A stretch of 64,000 nt of DNA from Candidatus Eiseniibacteriota bacterium (GCA_038231135.1 JBBRLX010000004.1:96001-160000), one strand, 5' to 3'. Positions 1-11,802 are shown, counted from the first letter of the stretch. Translations and numbers: made by a program. Notes: a model not told the origin generated them from the letters alone.

Positions 1-2
1 CG

Positions 3-1397
3 GCGATCGCGGCACACAACGGGCCGGGTGTGACCATCCACGTCATGCCGGCCGCCTATAACGAGAGTGTCGCGAATCTCAGATCCGGCGATGCTACGAA
101 TCCGTTCGTGCTCGAGGCCGACCGTAGTGGCGTCGTCAAGATCTTGAACCTCTACGTGTCCGGGAGGTCATGGATCGTCATCGATGGCCTCGCGGTCACC
201 CGTGGTGCCTTCGTCGGGACGTCGCGTGGCGTGACGCTCTCGCACAACCGCATCGTGAACCTGGACTCGCTCACGATCGCCAACGGTCTTTACGTGACCC
301 AGTGCGAGGAACTCAGCATCCTCTCGAACACGATCTCCGGCTGGTCCACCAACGCGATCGTGTTTCGCGACGTGAGCCATTCGGTCCTCGAAGGCAACGA
401 GGTGTCTCACAACCTCAACGATGGCCTGGAGATGTTTTCGCTCGCCGGCTCGAGAGCGAACGTCATCCGTTACAATCAATTTTTCGGCAACGGGGGCACG
501 GCGCTGGATGCTTCGTACGACTTCGACAACGTGGCGATCCAGAATGTGATGTACGCCAACAAGCACGGAATCCAGCACGTTCACTCGTCGAACTTCGTGC
601 ACGTGGGCGATGTCGTGTGGGGCAACACCGACGACGGCATCTGGCTCAAGAATAGCGCCACGGGGATCGTGTTCGAGAACTGCATCATCGCCGACAACGG
701 CGCGGGACGCTCGACTGCGTACAACATCCTGATGGACTCGACTTCGGCGTTTCCCGTATCGAACGACAACGTGTTCTCGTACGCGAAGACCGGTCGGTTC
801 GTCAAAGCGGGTATCGGTTTTTACCCCACGCTGGCGGCCTGGACCTCCGTGACCGGTGGCGACACCCGCTCGGTCGCGAAGGATCCGGCATTCGTGGACG
901 CATCGCACGGCGACTTTCATCTACGCGCGGGGTCGCCGGCGATCGATTGCGCGAACACCGGCGTCGCGGACTGGCCGGCGATGGACTCCGAGCACCGCGC
1001 CCCGCTCGACGATCCCGCCACCCCCAATACCGGTTTGGGACCGGTTTCCTACGCAGACCGCGGAGCATTCGAATACGTGCCCGCGACCCTCGCGGTGGAC
1101 GGGTTCCGCGGGCCTTCCGGTGCGGGGGTGGAGCTGGGGCCGGTCGCGCCGAATCCGATGCATCAATCGGGTCGCGTCGAATACACGGTGACGACCGCGA
1201 CCCGCGTCCGCCTGACGATCCTCGATCTGCAAGGACGCACCGTGGGTACGCTGATGGACCGCGAACAGTCACCTGGGCGTCATGCAGTGGACTGGGACGG
1301 CCGCGCCAACGGCCGCGCGATGAGCGCCGGTGTCTATTTTCTACGCATCACCGACGCGAACGGCGTCGCGACGCGGCGGTTCGCGCTGTTGGAATGA
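3..1397 (+). CDS. Secreted right-handed parallel beta-helix (pectin lyase-like) protein with C-terminal FlgD-Ig/T9SS-like domain; 5' end lies outside the window
   Basis: Frame is open from position 3. Asn-rich beta-helix rungs (SNTISG, GNEVSHN, YNQFFGN); 'GDFHLRAGSPAIDCA...DRGAFEY' tail; C-terminal 'PNP...DLQGR...WDG...GVYFLR' domain. Confidence 0.8.
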   Translation, partial: AIAAHNGPGVTIHVMPAAYNESVANLRSGDATNPFVLEADRSGVVKILNLYVSGRSWIVIDGLAVTRGAFVGTSRGVTLSHNRIVNLDSLTIANGLYVTQCEELSILSNTISGWSTNAIVFRDVSHSVLEGNEVSHNLNDGLEMFSLAGSRANVIRYNQFFGNGGTALDASYDFDNVAIQNVMYANKHGIQHVHSSNFVHVGDVVWGNTDDGIWLKNSATGIVFENCIIADNGAGRSTAYNILMDSTSAFPVSNDNVFSYAKTGRFVKAGIGFYPTLAAWTSVTGGDTRSVAKDPAFVDASHGDFHLRAGSPAIDCANTGVADWPAMDSEHRAPLDDPATPNTGLGPVSYADRGAFEYVPATLAVDGFRGPSGAGVELGPVAPNPMHQSGRVEYTVTTATRVRLTILDLQGRTVGTLMDREQSPGRHAVDWDGRANGRAMSAGVYFLRITDANGVATRRFALLE

Positions 1398-1464
1398 CGG
1401 GGGCGGGCCAGGTCACTACGATCCAGCGATAGGACGCTACGACCCCGCGCGCAACAGGCTGACG

Positions 1465-2769
1465 TCAGACGCACTCCGCCACAAGCTTCCCGAGCCGCGC
1501 CATGCCCTCGGCGATCGAGCTCGGGGACGCGGCGCCGACCGAGAGCCGCATCCAGCCGTCTTCGCGGTCGAGACCGAATGCCTGGAACGGCACCACGGCG
1601 ACCCGGGCCTCATCGAGCAGCAGCCGGCGGATGTCCTCGTTCGTGTGGATCTCCCGGCCTCCCCACCGCCGTCCGAACAGGTCGAACTGCGCCGACAGAT
1701 AGAGCGTGCCTTCGGGAGCCACCGAGTCCACGGGCAGCCCGCGCTCCCGCAACGCCTCCAGCTCGCGGTGGAGCAGGACGAGGCGCTCGCGCAGCTTGCG
1801 CTGCATCTCGCTCCGGAACGCGGCGAAGCCGGGGGCGTCGTCGAGGAACGCGGCGGTCGCGATCTGCTCGGCCTTCGGAGCCCAGGCGCCGACGTGACCG
1901 AGAAAGTCCGACATCGCCTGCGTCACCACCGGTGCGGCGACCGACCAGCCCACGCGCAGACCGGTGGCGGCGAGCGATTTCGAGATCGCGTCCAGCATCA
2001 CGGTGTAGGGCGCCACTTCGGGAACCAACGCCGGCGGAGACAGCGGTCGCTCGCGTTCGAACTCCAGCGACCAGTAGACATGGTCGTACATCAGGAACAC
2101 CGGCCGCTCGCCGCGTTCGCGCCGACGAACGTTTTCGGCCACCAGGTCGCGAGCGATCTCTTCGAGCACCCCGGGTTCGATCGCGGTGCCGGTGGGATTG
2201 AGCGGCGTATTGAGCGCGAGCAGCCGGATATGGGGTAGCACCGACCGCACCTGGGCGGCGGTCGGATGGAACCGGGCTTCGCGCGAGACCTCGATCGGCA
2301 CGGCGCGCGCGCCCGTCAGGTAGCAGTAGTGGTTGTTGTTCCACGACGGCACCGGAAACGCCACCGCCTCGCCGGGGTCGACCAGCGCGCGATAGGTCGC
2401 ATAGATCAGCGGCCGGGCGCCGCCGGCGACCAGCACCGACTCGAGCGGGTATTCGAGCCCGAACTCCCGCGCGTAGAAGCGCACCACGGCCTGGCGCAGC
2501 TCGGGCACGCCATTCGACGGCGGATAATTGGTATGGCCCGCGCTGAGCGCGCGCTGAATCCCCTGGAGCAGCGAGGCGGGCGGGGAGAACTCGCGCGGAT
2601 CGAAGTCGCCGACGGTCAGATTGCACAGCGACTGGCCGGCGGCGATCAGGGCCCGCACTTCGGCGGCGATGCGCAACACCTCGGAACCGACCAGGCCCCG
2701 TGCCAGCGTCGAGAGCGCACCTGAATCGAGGTCGTTCAGCGTGGCAAGGTCGTTCGCGCGATCGGGCAT
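1465..2769 (-). CDS. PLP-dependent aminotransferase class I/II (aspartate aminotransferase-like)
   Basis: Motifs YPPSNGVPELRQAV, NTPLNPTG, DHVY, SKSLAATGLRVGW (PLP lysine) and C-terminal RLS. Confidence 0.9.
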   Translation of the reverse strand: MPDRANDLATLNDLDSGALSTLARGLVGSEVLRIAAEVRALIAAGQSLCNLTVGDFDPREFSPPASLLQGIQRALSAGHTNYPPSNGVPELRQAVVRFYAREFGLEYPLESVLVAGGARPLIYATYRALVDPGEAVAFPVPSWNNNHYCYLTGARAVPIEVSREARFHPTAAQVRSVLPHIRLLALNTPLNPTGTAIEPGVLEEIARDLVAENVRRRERGERPVFLMYDHVYWSLEFERERPLSPPALVPEVAPYTVMLDAISKSLAATGLRVGWSVAAPVVTQAMSDFLGHVGAWAPKAEQIATAAFLDDAPGFAAFRSEMQRKLRERLVLLHRELEALRERGLPVDSVAPEGTLYLSAQFDLFGRRWGGREIHTNEDIRRLLLDEARVAVVPFQAFGLDREDGWMRLSVGAASPSSIAEGMARLGKLVAECV

Positions 2770-2938
2770 GTGAGTTCCTCGAATCGATGACGCCGCTCGG
2801 GATCACGAGTGGATGAGCGCGATCTTACCGCAAAGTGTGGCTCGCACGCTGTTGCGGCCACTGTGACCCGCGCCTCGGAATCCACATGAAGCGACCCCGC
2901 TGACCGCCACGCCCGCAACGAGATCCGGCCCTTGCGGC

Positions 2939-2967
2939 TTGCCCGATTGCCGCGTGCACCGTACCGT
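2939..2967 (+). promoter_or_regulatory. Putative sigma70-type promoter TTGCCC-N17-TACCGT
   Basis: Hexamers at 2939-2944 and 2962-2967; ATG follows 10 nt after the -10 box; no Shine-Dalgarno. Confidence 0.4.
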
Positions 2968-2977
2968 TCCCGCCGCC

Positions 2978-4006
2978 ATGACTCCCGAGCCGCCCGACCG
3001 CTTCGATCCCAACGCCACGGACGCGATGGCGCGCATGTTCGACGGCGTGTCGCCGCGCTACCGGTTGCTCAACCGCATTCTGTCGATGGGGCAGGACACC
3101 GCCTGGCGCAAGACGATGTGGGAGGCGGTGCCCGCGGATGCGCGCGTGGTGCTCGATCTGTGCACGGGCGACGGCTCCTCGCTGCCGGGATTGCGCCGTC
3201 CGGGGCGGCTCGTGGTCGGACTCGACGCCAGCTTCGGCATGCTCGAACAGGCGGAATCCGACCACGGCGGCGGGGGATGGGCGCCGCGGCTCGTATGCGG
3301 CGACGCATTCCGGCTGCCAATCCGCGATGCGGCGGTGGACGCGGTCACCATCGCGTTCGGCATCCGCAACCTGCGCCCGCAACCGGATGCGCTCGCCGAG
3401 CTGGCGCGCGTCATGCGGCCGGGAGCCACCCTGATCGTGCTCGAGGCGACGGCGCCGCCCACGGGTACGTTCGCGCCGCTCCATCGCTGCTATCTTACCT
3501 ATGTGGTGCCGCTGCTGGGCCGGCTGTCGCCGGACCCCACGGCGTACGAATACCTCGGCAAGTCCGTGCTCGAGTTCGGCGCGGGCACCGCGTTCACCGC
3601 GGCCGCCGAGCAGCGCGGCTTCACCTGGCGCTTCACCCGCCCGTTCCTGCTCGGTGCGACGCGGTTGTGGGTGGCACGAGCGCCGGACAATCGTTGGCAC
3701 GGGTCGGAACCGGATGTGCAGACTGCACGACTGGGCGATTCCGCGCGGGGCGAAATGCCCACGCAAACTCCGGCCGGGGCCACCGAACAGCGAATCTGGG
3801 ATGGCGTCCAGGCGGCGTTGTCGATCGCGCTTGCGGTGGCCCTCGCCGTGGCACTGCGCATGGTGTTCAACCCCGCCCTCGATATCCCGTTACGGGGCCC
3901 GAACCGGGGCCTGCTGATCGTGCTCACCGCGGGTGGCATTGCGGTATTCGGCACCCGCGGGCTGTGGTTCCTGATGCGAGCCCTGCGTTCCAGGCCCCGC
4001 GTTTAG
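2978..4006 (+). CDS. UbiE/MenG-like class I SAM methyltransferase with two C-terminal transmembrane helices
   Basis: MFDGVSPRYRLLNRILSMGQDTAWR, VLDLCTGDG, DAVTIAFGIRN and ELARVMRPG match the UbiE family pattern; two hydrophobic segments lie near the C-terminus. Confidence 0.75.
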   Translation: MTPEPPDRFDPNATDAMARMFDGVSPRYRLLNRILSMGQDTAWRKTMWEAVPADARVVLDLCTGDGSSLPGLRRPGRLVVGLDASFGMLEQAESDHGGGGWAPRLVCGDAFRLPIRDAAVDAVTIAFGIRNLRPQPDALAELARVMRPGATLIVLEATAPPTGTFAPLHRCYLTYVVPLLGRLSPDPTAYEYLGKSVLEFGAGTAFTAAAEQRGFTWRFTRPFLLGATRLWVARAPDNRWHGSEPDVQTARLGDSARGEMPTQTPAGATEQRIWDGVQAALSIALAVALAVALRMVFNPALDIPLRGPNRGLLIVLTAGGIAVFGTRGLWFLMRALRSRPRV

Positions 4007-4020
4007 CCATTTCCCCCACA

Positions 4021-4036
4021 TGGCACAGGGGTTGCG
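4021..4036 (+). promoter_or_regulatory. Sigma54 (RpoN) -24/-12 promoter
   Basis: TGGCAC-AGGGG-TTGC matches TGGCAC-N5-TTGC with exact GG-N10-GC spacing; intergenic, about 65 bp upstream of the GGDEF gene. Confidence 0.7.
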
Positions 4037-4101
4037 TTGTTTCTTGCGCCACCCGGCCCATCGCGGGCTCACCGGCGCCACTCCTTTCAGGAACCCATGT
4101 C

Positions 4102-5106
4102 ATGACGGCTCGGGATCGATCGTTCGACGGCCTGCTGGATCTGTTCGACCGGCCAGTCGCGTCGCGCGCGGAAGTGATCGAAAAGGCGCTGCGTTGCGCC
4201 CTGCAGATCTCGGACGCCGACGGCGCCGTGGCATTGGTCGCGAACAACCGCGCGCTCGAGCGTTCGTGGTTGCGGACCGATGGCTCGCCACTCGAGACCT
4301 CGGCGGTGGGGCGGCCCGCGAGCGAGTTCGGACGCATGCTGCTCAAGGCGCTGCACCCCATCCAGCTCGCCGACACCCACGACGGTCGCTCGGGAGCGCA
4401 GGATTGCTGCCCCGGCGTCGAGTCCGGACCGGCGTTGTTCGCCCCGCTCCGCCACAAGCAGCAGGCCGGCGGCTACCTGGCGGTCTACCGCACGCGCGGA
4501 TCGGAGCCGCTGAGCGTGGAGCAGGTGAAGCTGGTCACATTCCTCGGCGCCTGGCTCACGCTGGCGCTCGAGAACGTGCGGCTCGCGGAGAGCGTCGAGC
4601 GTCTCGCGGTGACCGACGACCTCACGCAGGTCTTCAACTATCGATTCCTCAAGAGCGCGCTCAAGCGCGAGATCAAGCGCGCGGGCCGGTTCGAACAGCA
4701 GTTGTCGATCGTGATGATCGACGTGGACAATCTCAAGGGCTACAACGATCGCAACGGCCACATGCGGGGCAGCCTGCTGCTGCGCGAGATCGCCGGGCTG
4801 TTCGCCCAGCAGGTACGGTCGTGGGACCTGGTCGCCAAGTACGGCGGCGACGAGTTCACACTGATCCTGCCGCAGACGGGACGCGAGGGCGCCATGGTCG
4901 CGGCCGAGCGCATGCGCGCCGCCGTCGCCGGGCACACGTTTCCGCTGGCACCGCCCGGCAGCATCACGATCAGCCTCGGCGTCGCGGTGTTCCCGGTGGA
5001 CGCCACCGATTCGCTCAGCCTGATCCGCGCGTCCGATGTGGCGCTCTACGAAGCCAAGCGCAACGGCCGGAATCGCGTGGAGAGCTTCCTGGAGCGCGCG
5101 GCATGA
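4102..5106 (+). CDS. GAF-GGDEF diguanylate cyclase
   Basis: N-terminal GAF-like region; TDDLTQVFNYR, DVDNLKGYND, GHMRG; RSWD I-site five residues before an intact GGDEF. True start taken as ATG 4102 inside the longer ORF 2932..5106. Confidence 0.9.
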   Translation: MTARDRSFDGLLDLFDRPVASRAEVIEKALRCALQISDADGAVALVANNRALERSWLRTDGSPLETSAVGRPASEFGRMLLKALHPIQLADTHDGRSGAQDCCPGVESGPALFAPLRHKQQAGGYLAVYRTRGSEPLSVEQVKLVTFLGAWLTLALENVRLAESVERLAVTDDLTQVFNYRFLKSALKREIKRAGRFEQQLSIVMIDVDNLKGYNDRNGHMRGSLLLREIAGLFAQQVRSWDLVAKYGGDEFTLILPQTGREGAMVAAERMRAAVAGHTFPLAPPGSITISLGVAVFPVDATDSLSLIRASDVALYEAKRNGRNRVESFLERAA

Positions 5107-5210
5107 CGCGAGCGATCCTGCGCCCACGGCGTCGTTCGCCAGGCCGGGACACGGCCCGCAGACGCCGCGAGCGCACGTCCGTACGGGTCCTGCCGCGCGC
5201 TGAGCGCGCG

Positions 5211-5240
5211 TTGACCCTGCATTCGAGCCGCTGATAATGT
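5211..5240 (+). promoter_or_regulatory. Putative sigma70 promoter of the amino-sugar operon
   Basis: TTGACC (5211-5216) and extended -10 TGa-TAATGT (5232-5240); strong GGAGG RBS before GTG 5308. Confidence 0.5.
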
Positions 5241-5307
5241 TCCGCATCCCCCGGATGCGGCATCACGCTTCCGGGGGCATCCAGTTTCACGGCAGGGGGA
5301 GGAGTTC

Positions 5308-6345
5308 GTGACCGATCGGATCGGCATCGCGGTGGTGGGCACCGGCGACTGGGGCGCCAATCTCGTGCGCAACTACGCCTCGCTGCCCGGCGCCCGGCTG
5401 GTCGCCCTGTGCGACACCGATGCCAAACGGCTCGCCGCGGCGGCCGCGAAGGCCCCCGGCGCCCGCACCTATGCCGAGCTGGATCAGGTGGCGGATGACA
5501 AGGAGGTCCAGGCCGTCGTGGTGTCGGCGTCGGCGGTGAGCCATTACCCGATCGCGCGCCGGCTGCTCGAGGCGGGCAAGGACGTGTACGTCGAGAAGCC
5601 GCTCACGCTGCAGGTGGACCACGCCGAGGAGTTGGTCGCGCTCGCGCTGAAGACCCAGCGCATCCTGATGGTCGGGCACCTGCTGCTGTTCCACCCGGGC
5701 GTGCGCTACCTCAAGACCATGGTCGAGAGCGGAGCGCTCGGCGACCTCTACTACATCTATTCGCAGCGCGTGAACCTGGGCAAGGTCCGCCAGGACGAGA
5801 ATGCGCTGTGGAGCTTTGCGCCGCACGACCTGTCGGTGATCCTGCACCTGCTCGACATGGAGCCCATCGACGTGGTGGCGCGCGGCTCGGGATTCCTCCA
5901 GAAGTCGATCGAGGACGTGGTGTTCGTGGATCTGCGGTTCCCCGGCGGCAAGCTGGCGCACGTTCACGTGTCGTGGCTCGACCCGCACAAGCTGCGTAAG
6001 TTCACGGTCGTCGGCAGCCGCAAAATGGTGGTGTTCGACGACATGGAAGCCAGTGAGAAGATCCGCGTCTACGACAAGGGCGTCGACAAGGGCGGCCAGG
6101 TGGTGTCGTACGGCGAATCGCTCACGGTGCGCAGCGGCGACATCCTGATCCCGCAGCTGTCGCTGCAGGAGCCGCTGCGGCTCGAATGCCAGCACTTCGT
6201 GGATTGCGTGCGTGATCGCAAGACCCCGCTCACCGACGGCCAGGACGGCCTGCGCGTGGTCAAGGTGCTCGCGGCGGCGCAGGCGTCGCTCGAGGCCGGG
6301 GGCGCGCCGATGCCCGTCGCGGCCGTGAAGGCGGGGGTCGCGTGA
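5308..6345 (+). CDS. Gfo/Idh/MocA oxidoreductase (WbpB/WlbA/GnnA-like nucleotide-sugar 3-dehydrogenase)
   Basis: VGTGDWG Rossmann motif, VEKP motif, APHD; first gene of a tightly coupled trio. Confidence 0.85.
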   Translation: MTDRIGIAVVGTGDWGANLVRNYASLPGARLVALCDTDAKRLAAAAAKAPGARTYAELDQVADDKEVQAVVVSASAVSHYPIARRLLEAGKDVYVEKPLTLQVDHAEELVALALKTQRILMVGHLLLFHPGVRYLKTMVESGALGDLYYIYSQRVNLGKVRQDENALWSFAPHDLSVILHLLDMEPIDVVARGSGFLQKSIEDVVFVDLRFPGGKLAHVHVSWLDPHKLRKFTVVGSRKMVVFDDMEASEKIRVYDKGVDKGGQVVSYGESLTVRSGDILIPQLSLQEPLRLECQHFVDCVRDRKTPLTDGQDGLRVVKVLAAAQASLEAGGAPMPVAAVKAGVA

Positions 6346-7109
6346 GCCCGGTGGACACTGCCATGCACCCCAGCGCCACGGTGGGCGCCCAGACCACGTT
6401 CGGCGAGCACTGCGTCGTCGGCGCCGACGTCACGATCGGCTCCGGCTGCGTGATCGGCCACCACGTCGTGATCCACGCAGGGACGCGCATCGGCAACGAC
6501 GTGCGGATCGACGACCACGCGAACCTGGGCAAGCTGCCGATGAAGGCGGCCAATTCCGCGACCACGAAGGACCAGGAGCTGCCGCCGCTCGTCGTGGGCG
6601 ACACCTGCATCGTCGGGACCGGCGTGGTGCTCTACCGCGGCGCCGTCATCGACGCCCGGGTGCTGATGGCCGACCTGTCGACGATCCGCGAGAACGTGAC
6701 CGTCGGCCGCGGCACGATCGTCGGCCGCGGCGTAACGGTCGAGAACTTCTGCAGCGTCGGGCGCTACTGCAAGCTCGAGAGCGAGTGCTACATCACGGCA
6801 TATTCCACGCTCGAGGATCGCGTGTTCATCGCGCCCGGCGTGGTGACGTCGAACGACAACTACGTGGGCCGCACCGCCGAGCGGTTCAAGCACTTCAAAG
6901 GTGTGACGGTGCGCCGCGGCGGCCGGATCGGCGCGGGCTCGGTGATCCTGCCCGGCGTCACGATCGGCGAGGACGGCCTCGTGGCCGCGGGCTCGGTGGT
7001 GACGCGCGACGTGGCGCCGCGTACCATCGTCATGGGCTCGCCCGCGAAGAAGTGGCGCGACGTGCCGGTCGAACAGTGGCTCGAGAACCAGGGCTGGACG
7101 GATTCCTGA
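6342..7109 (+). CDS. Hexapeptide-repeat N-acetyltransferase (WbpD/WlbB-like)
   Basis: Left-handed beta-helix repeats (IGxxxx); VFIAPGVVTSND; GAGSVILPGVTIG...AAGSVVTRDV...GSPAK; 4-bp overlap with the upstream gene. Confidence 0.85.
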   Translation: MSPVDTAMHPSATVGAQTTFGEHCVVGADVTIGSGCVIGHHVVIHAGTRIGNDVRIDDHANLGKLPMKAANSATTKDQELPPLVVGDTCIVGTGVVLYRGAVIDARVLMADLSTIRENVTVGRGTIVGRGVTVENFCSVGRYCKLESECYITAYSTLEDRVFIAPGVVTSNDNYVGRTAERFKHFKGVTVRRGGRIGAGSVILPGVTIGEDGLVAAGSVVTRDVAPRTIVMGSPAKKWRDVPVEQWLENQGWTDS

Positions 7110-7119
7110 TCCGGGAGGG

Positions 7120-8244
7120 GTGATGGTGACGAAGACGATGATGACGGTGCCGTTGCTGGACCTCAAGGCCCAGTACGCCACGATCAAGACCGAGATCGAC
7201 GCCGCCGTCCAGGGCGTGATGGAGAGCTGCCGGTTCATCGGCGGTCCCGAAGTCACGTCGCTGGAGGAGGAGGTGGCGCGCTACTCGCAGAGCCCGTACG
7301 GCATCGCGTGCGCGTCCGGCACCGACGCGCTGCTGCTCGCGCTCAAGGCGCTCGATGTCGGCCCCGGCGACGAGGTGATCACCACCGCGTACTCGTTCTT
7401 TGCCAGCGCCGGCACGATCGTCAACGCCGGCGGCACGCCGGTGTTCGTCGACATCGACCCCCGCACCTACAACATCGACCCGCACGCGCTCGAGGCCGCG
7501 GTCACACCGCGCACCCGCGCCGTGGTGCCGGTGCACCTCTACGGCCAGTGCTGCGACATCGCCACGGTCAAGGCGGTGTGCGAGAAGCACCAGTTGTGGC
7601 TGATCGAGGACGCGGCGCAGGCGATCGGGTCGGAGTGGGAGGGCAGGCGGGCGGGCGCCTATGGCGACTTCGGCTGCTTCTCGTTCTTCCCGTCCAAGAA
7701 CCTCGGCGGCGCGGGCGACGGCGGCATGATGACCGCGCACAGCCACGAGCTCGCCGACAAGGCCCGGCTGCTGCGCGAACACGGCGCGCGGCCCAAGTAC
7801 TACCACGCGATCGTCGGCACCAACTCGCGGCTCGACGCGCTGCAGGCCGCCATCCTCAGGGTCAAGCTGCGCCATCTCGACCGCTGGAGCGAACAGCGCG
7901 CGAAGAACGCCGAGCTGTATGACAGCCTGTTCGAAGGCTCGCGCGTCGGTCGCCCGTGGCGCGATCCGCGCGGCCGCCATATCTACAACCAGTACGTCAT
8001 TCGGGTGCCCGACCGGGACGGCCTCAAGACGTTCCTGGCGGAGCGCGGCATCGGCACCGAGGTCTATTACCCGGTGCCGCTGCACCTGCAACAGTGTTTC
8101 AGCTCGCTCGGCTACAAGCCGGGCGACATGCCCAACTCCGAAGCCGCAGCTCACGAGACGCTCGCGCTGCCGATCTATCCCGAACTGGGCGACGAGCGCA
8201 TCCGTTACGTGGCGGCCACGGTACGGGAGTTCGTAGAACGATGA
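7120..8244 (+). CDS. DegT/DnrJ/EryC1/StrS sugar aminotransferase (WbpE/WlbC/GnnB-like)
   Basis: SGTDAL, PVHLYGQ, IEDAAQAIG, SFFPSKNLGGAGDGG, NSRLDALQAA, YYPVPLH. The start could be one of the nearby ATGs. Confidence 0.92.
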   Translation: MMVTKTMMTVPLLDLKAQYATIKTEIDAAVQGVMESCRFIGGPEVTSLEEEVARYSQSPYGIACASGTDALLLALKALDVGPGDEVITTAYSFFASAGTIVNAGGTPVFVDIDPRTYNIDPHALEAAVTPRTRAVVPVHLYGQCCDIATVKAVCEKHQLWLIEDAAQAIGSEWEGRRAGAYGDFGCFSFFPSKNLGGAGDGGMMTAHSHELADKARLLREHGARPKYYHAIVGTNSRLDALQAAILRVKLRHLDRWSEQRAKNAELYDSLFEGSRVGRPWRDPRGRHIYNQYVIRVPDRDGLKTFLAERGIGTEVYYPVPLHLQQCFSSLGYKPGDMPNSEAAAHETLALPIYPELGDERIRYVAATVREFVER

Positions 8245-8386
8245 TGGCATCGCCGGAGCGGGCCTGCGAGGCCGCCCCGGCAACGTCCCGTCGCGCCGCC
8301 TCACCGCCCTGAGGCGCGCGCCGGTTCGCCTGCAGCAGGACACCGCCGGCAGCCCCACTGCGCGAGTGTCGGGTAACTCATTGAAC

Positions 8387-10329
8387 ATGGACGTCACGCA
8401 GCGCGAGTCTCTGCGCGAGCTGTTGCGCCGGGTGGACGAAGTGCGCGGTTTGTCGGAGCGGGCGGAGACGGCGTCGACCGTCGACCCCGACGACGACAAC
8501 GCGCTGCTCGCCATCATGCGCGAGCTGGTTCAGGAGCTGGAGCGCAGTCACCGGCGCCTGATTGAAACCAACGTGCAGCTGGTATCGCTGCGCGAGGTGG
8601 CGAGCTCGATGGTCGGCACGCTCGAAGTGGGCGAGACCACGCGGCTCGTGACCCGCTACCTGTGCCGCGCGTTCGGCTTCGAGGAAGGCTTCCTGCTCCT
8701 GATCAACCGGGAGACGGGCAAGCTCGAGGGCACCTGGACTCGGCTCGAGAACGGCCGCGAACAGAGCTGGCCGCTCGAGCTGCCGATGATCGGCGAGTCC
8801 GGCACCCTGGCGCGCTCGCTGTGGCTGAACCGCACCGTGGTGCACCACGCCGCCCAGCGCCACCGGCCGGCGCTGTTGCCGGCGGGACATCCGCTCGAGG
8901 ACGCGCTCGACCAGCTCGCATCGACGGCATGTGTGCCACTGCAGCGCAGCCAGTCCGTGCAGGCGCCGGCGGACGCCCGGTCCACGTGCGGCGCGCGCTG
9001 CGTGCTCGGGGACCCGGCGATCCTCGTGCCACCGCCCGGCGAGGCCGCGGACCGCTGGACCTACGATCTCGAAGAACGCCAGCGTGACTGCCTCGCCTGC
9101 GACCGCATGCCGCTGCTCGGCGTGATCGGCATGGCGCGCCGGCGCGGGGCGGAGGTGCTCGGGCCGTCGGATGTGATGCTGCTCGAGTCGATCGCGTTGT
9201 CGGTGGCGCCGATGATCGAGAACGCTCGGCTGTACCAGGACCTGCGCCGCAGTGAACGCTTTCGCAATCACGTGCTCGACAGCATGGCGAGTGCGCTGGT
9301 CGCGGTGAACATGGACGGCGAGATCCTGACATTCAACCGCGCGGCCGCGGAGCTGCTCGGCTTCGAGGAGGCCGAGGTGCTCGGCCAGCCGTTCGGCGCG
9401 CTGCTCGGGCCCGACGGTGAAGCGGTGCTGCGCGACACGCTCGGCCACGCGCACGAGGCGCTGCGGGTCGAGACCATGCTGCGCGCCCGCGACGGCACGC
9501 CGCTGCCGGTCAGTCTCACGACATCGCTGCTGCGCAACGACCGCCGCTCGATCTACGGCGCGATCGCGACGTTCGTCGACCTCACGCCGCTCAAGCGGGC
9601 GGAGGAGCACGCGCGCCAGCTCGACCGGCTCGCCGCACTCGGCCGGTTCACGTCGAGCGTCGCCCACGAGATCCGCAACCCGCTCACCGGCATCGGCGCC
9701 GGCGTGCAGTACCTCGCGCGCTCGATCCCGACCGGCGACGCGCAGCACGAGAACCTTCAGTTCATCCTGAGCGAGATCAAGCGGCTCGATCGCATCGTGC
9801 AGGAGCTGTTCGACGTCACCCACCCACGGCGGCTGGCGCTGCGGGCGGCTCCGCTGGAAGACACGTTGCGCCGTGCGATGCAGTGCGTCGAGGCGCTGTT
9901 CGCCCAGCGCGGCGTCCGGTGGGCCATCGAGGTGGCGCCGCACATGCCGCCGGTGAACCACGATCAGGATCAAATGCAGCAGGTGTTCATCAACCTGCTC
10001 AAGAACGCCGCCGAGGCTTCGGCGGCGGGCACCCAGGTCACCGCGTCGATCACCACGCTGCCGAAGCCGGTGGTCGCCGGCACCCCGCGCGGCGGCGGTC
10101 CGACGATCGCGGTGCACGTCGACGACCAGGGCTCCGGCATCGAGCCCGAAGTACTGAAGACCATTTTCGAGCCGTTCTTCACCACGAAACAGGGTGGGAC
10201 CGGCCTTGGGTTGTACATCACACACGACATCGTGAAGCGCCACAGCGGCAGTCTCACGGTCAACAGCGCACTCGCACGCGGCACCCGCTTCACGGTGGAG
10301 CTGCCGGTCGAGGGCAACGGAGGACAATC

Positions 10330-10333
<4 letters not shown>
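8387..10333 (+). CDS. Cytoplasmic sensor histidine kinase (coiled coil-GAF-PAS-HisKA-HATPase)
   Basis: H-box VAHEIRNPL, N-box QVFINLLKNA, DQGSGI, FEPFFTTK, GTGLGL; PAS region FNRAAAELLGF; no obvious transmembrane segment. Confidence 0.92.
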
Positions 10334-11766
<1,433 letters not shown>

Positions 11767-11802
11767 GCGGGTGTTGGTGATCCTGCAATCCCAGAGGTAC
11801 CC

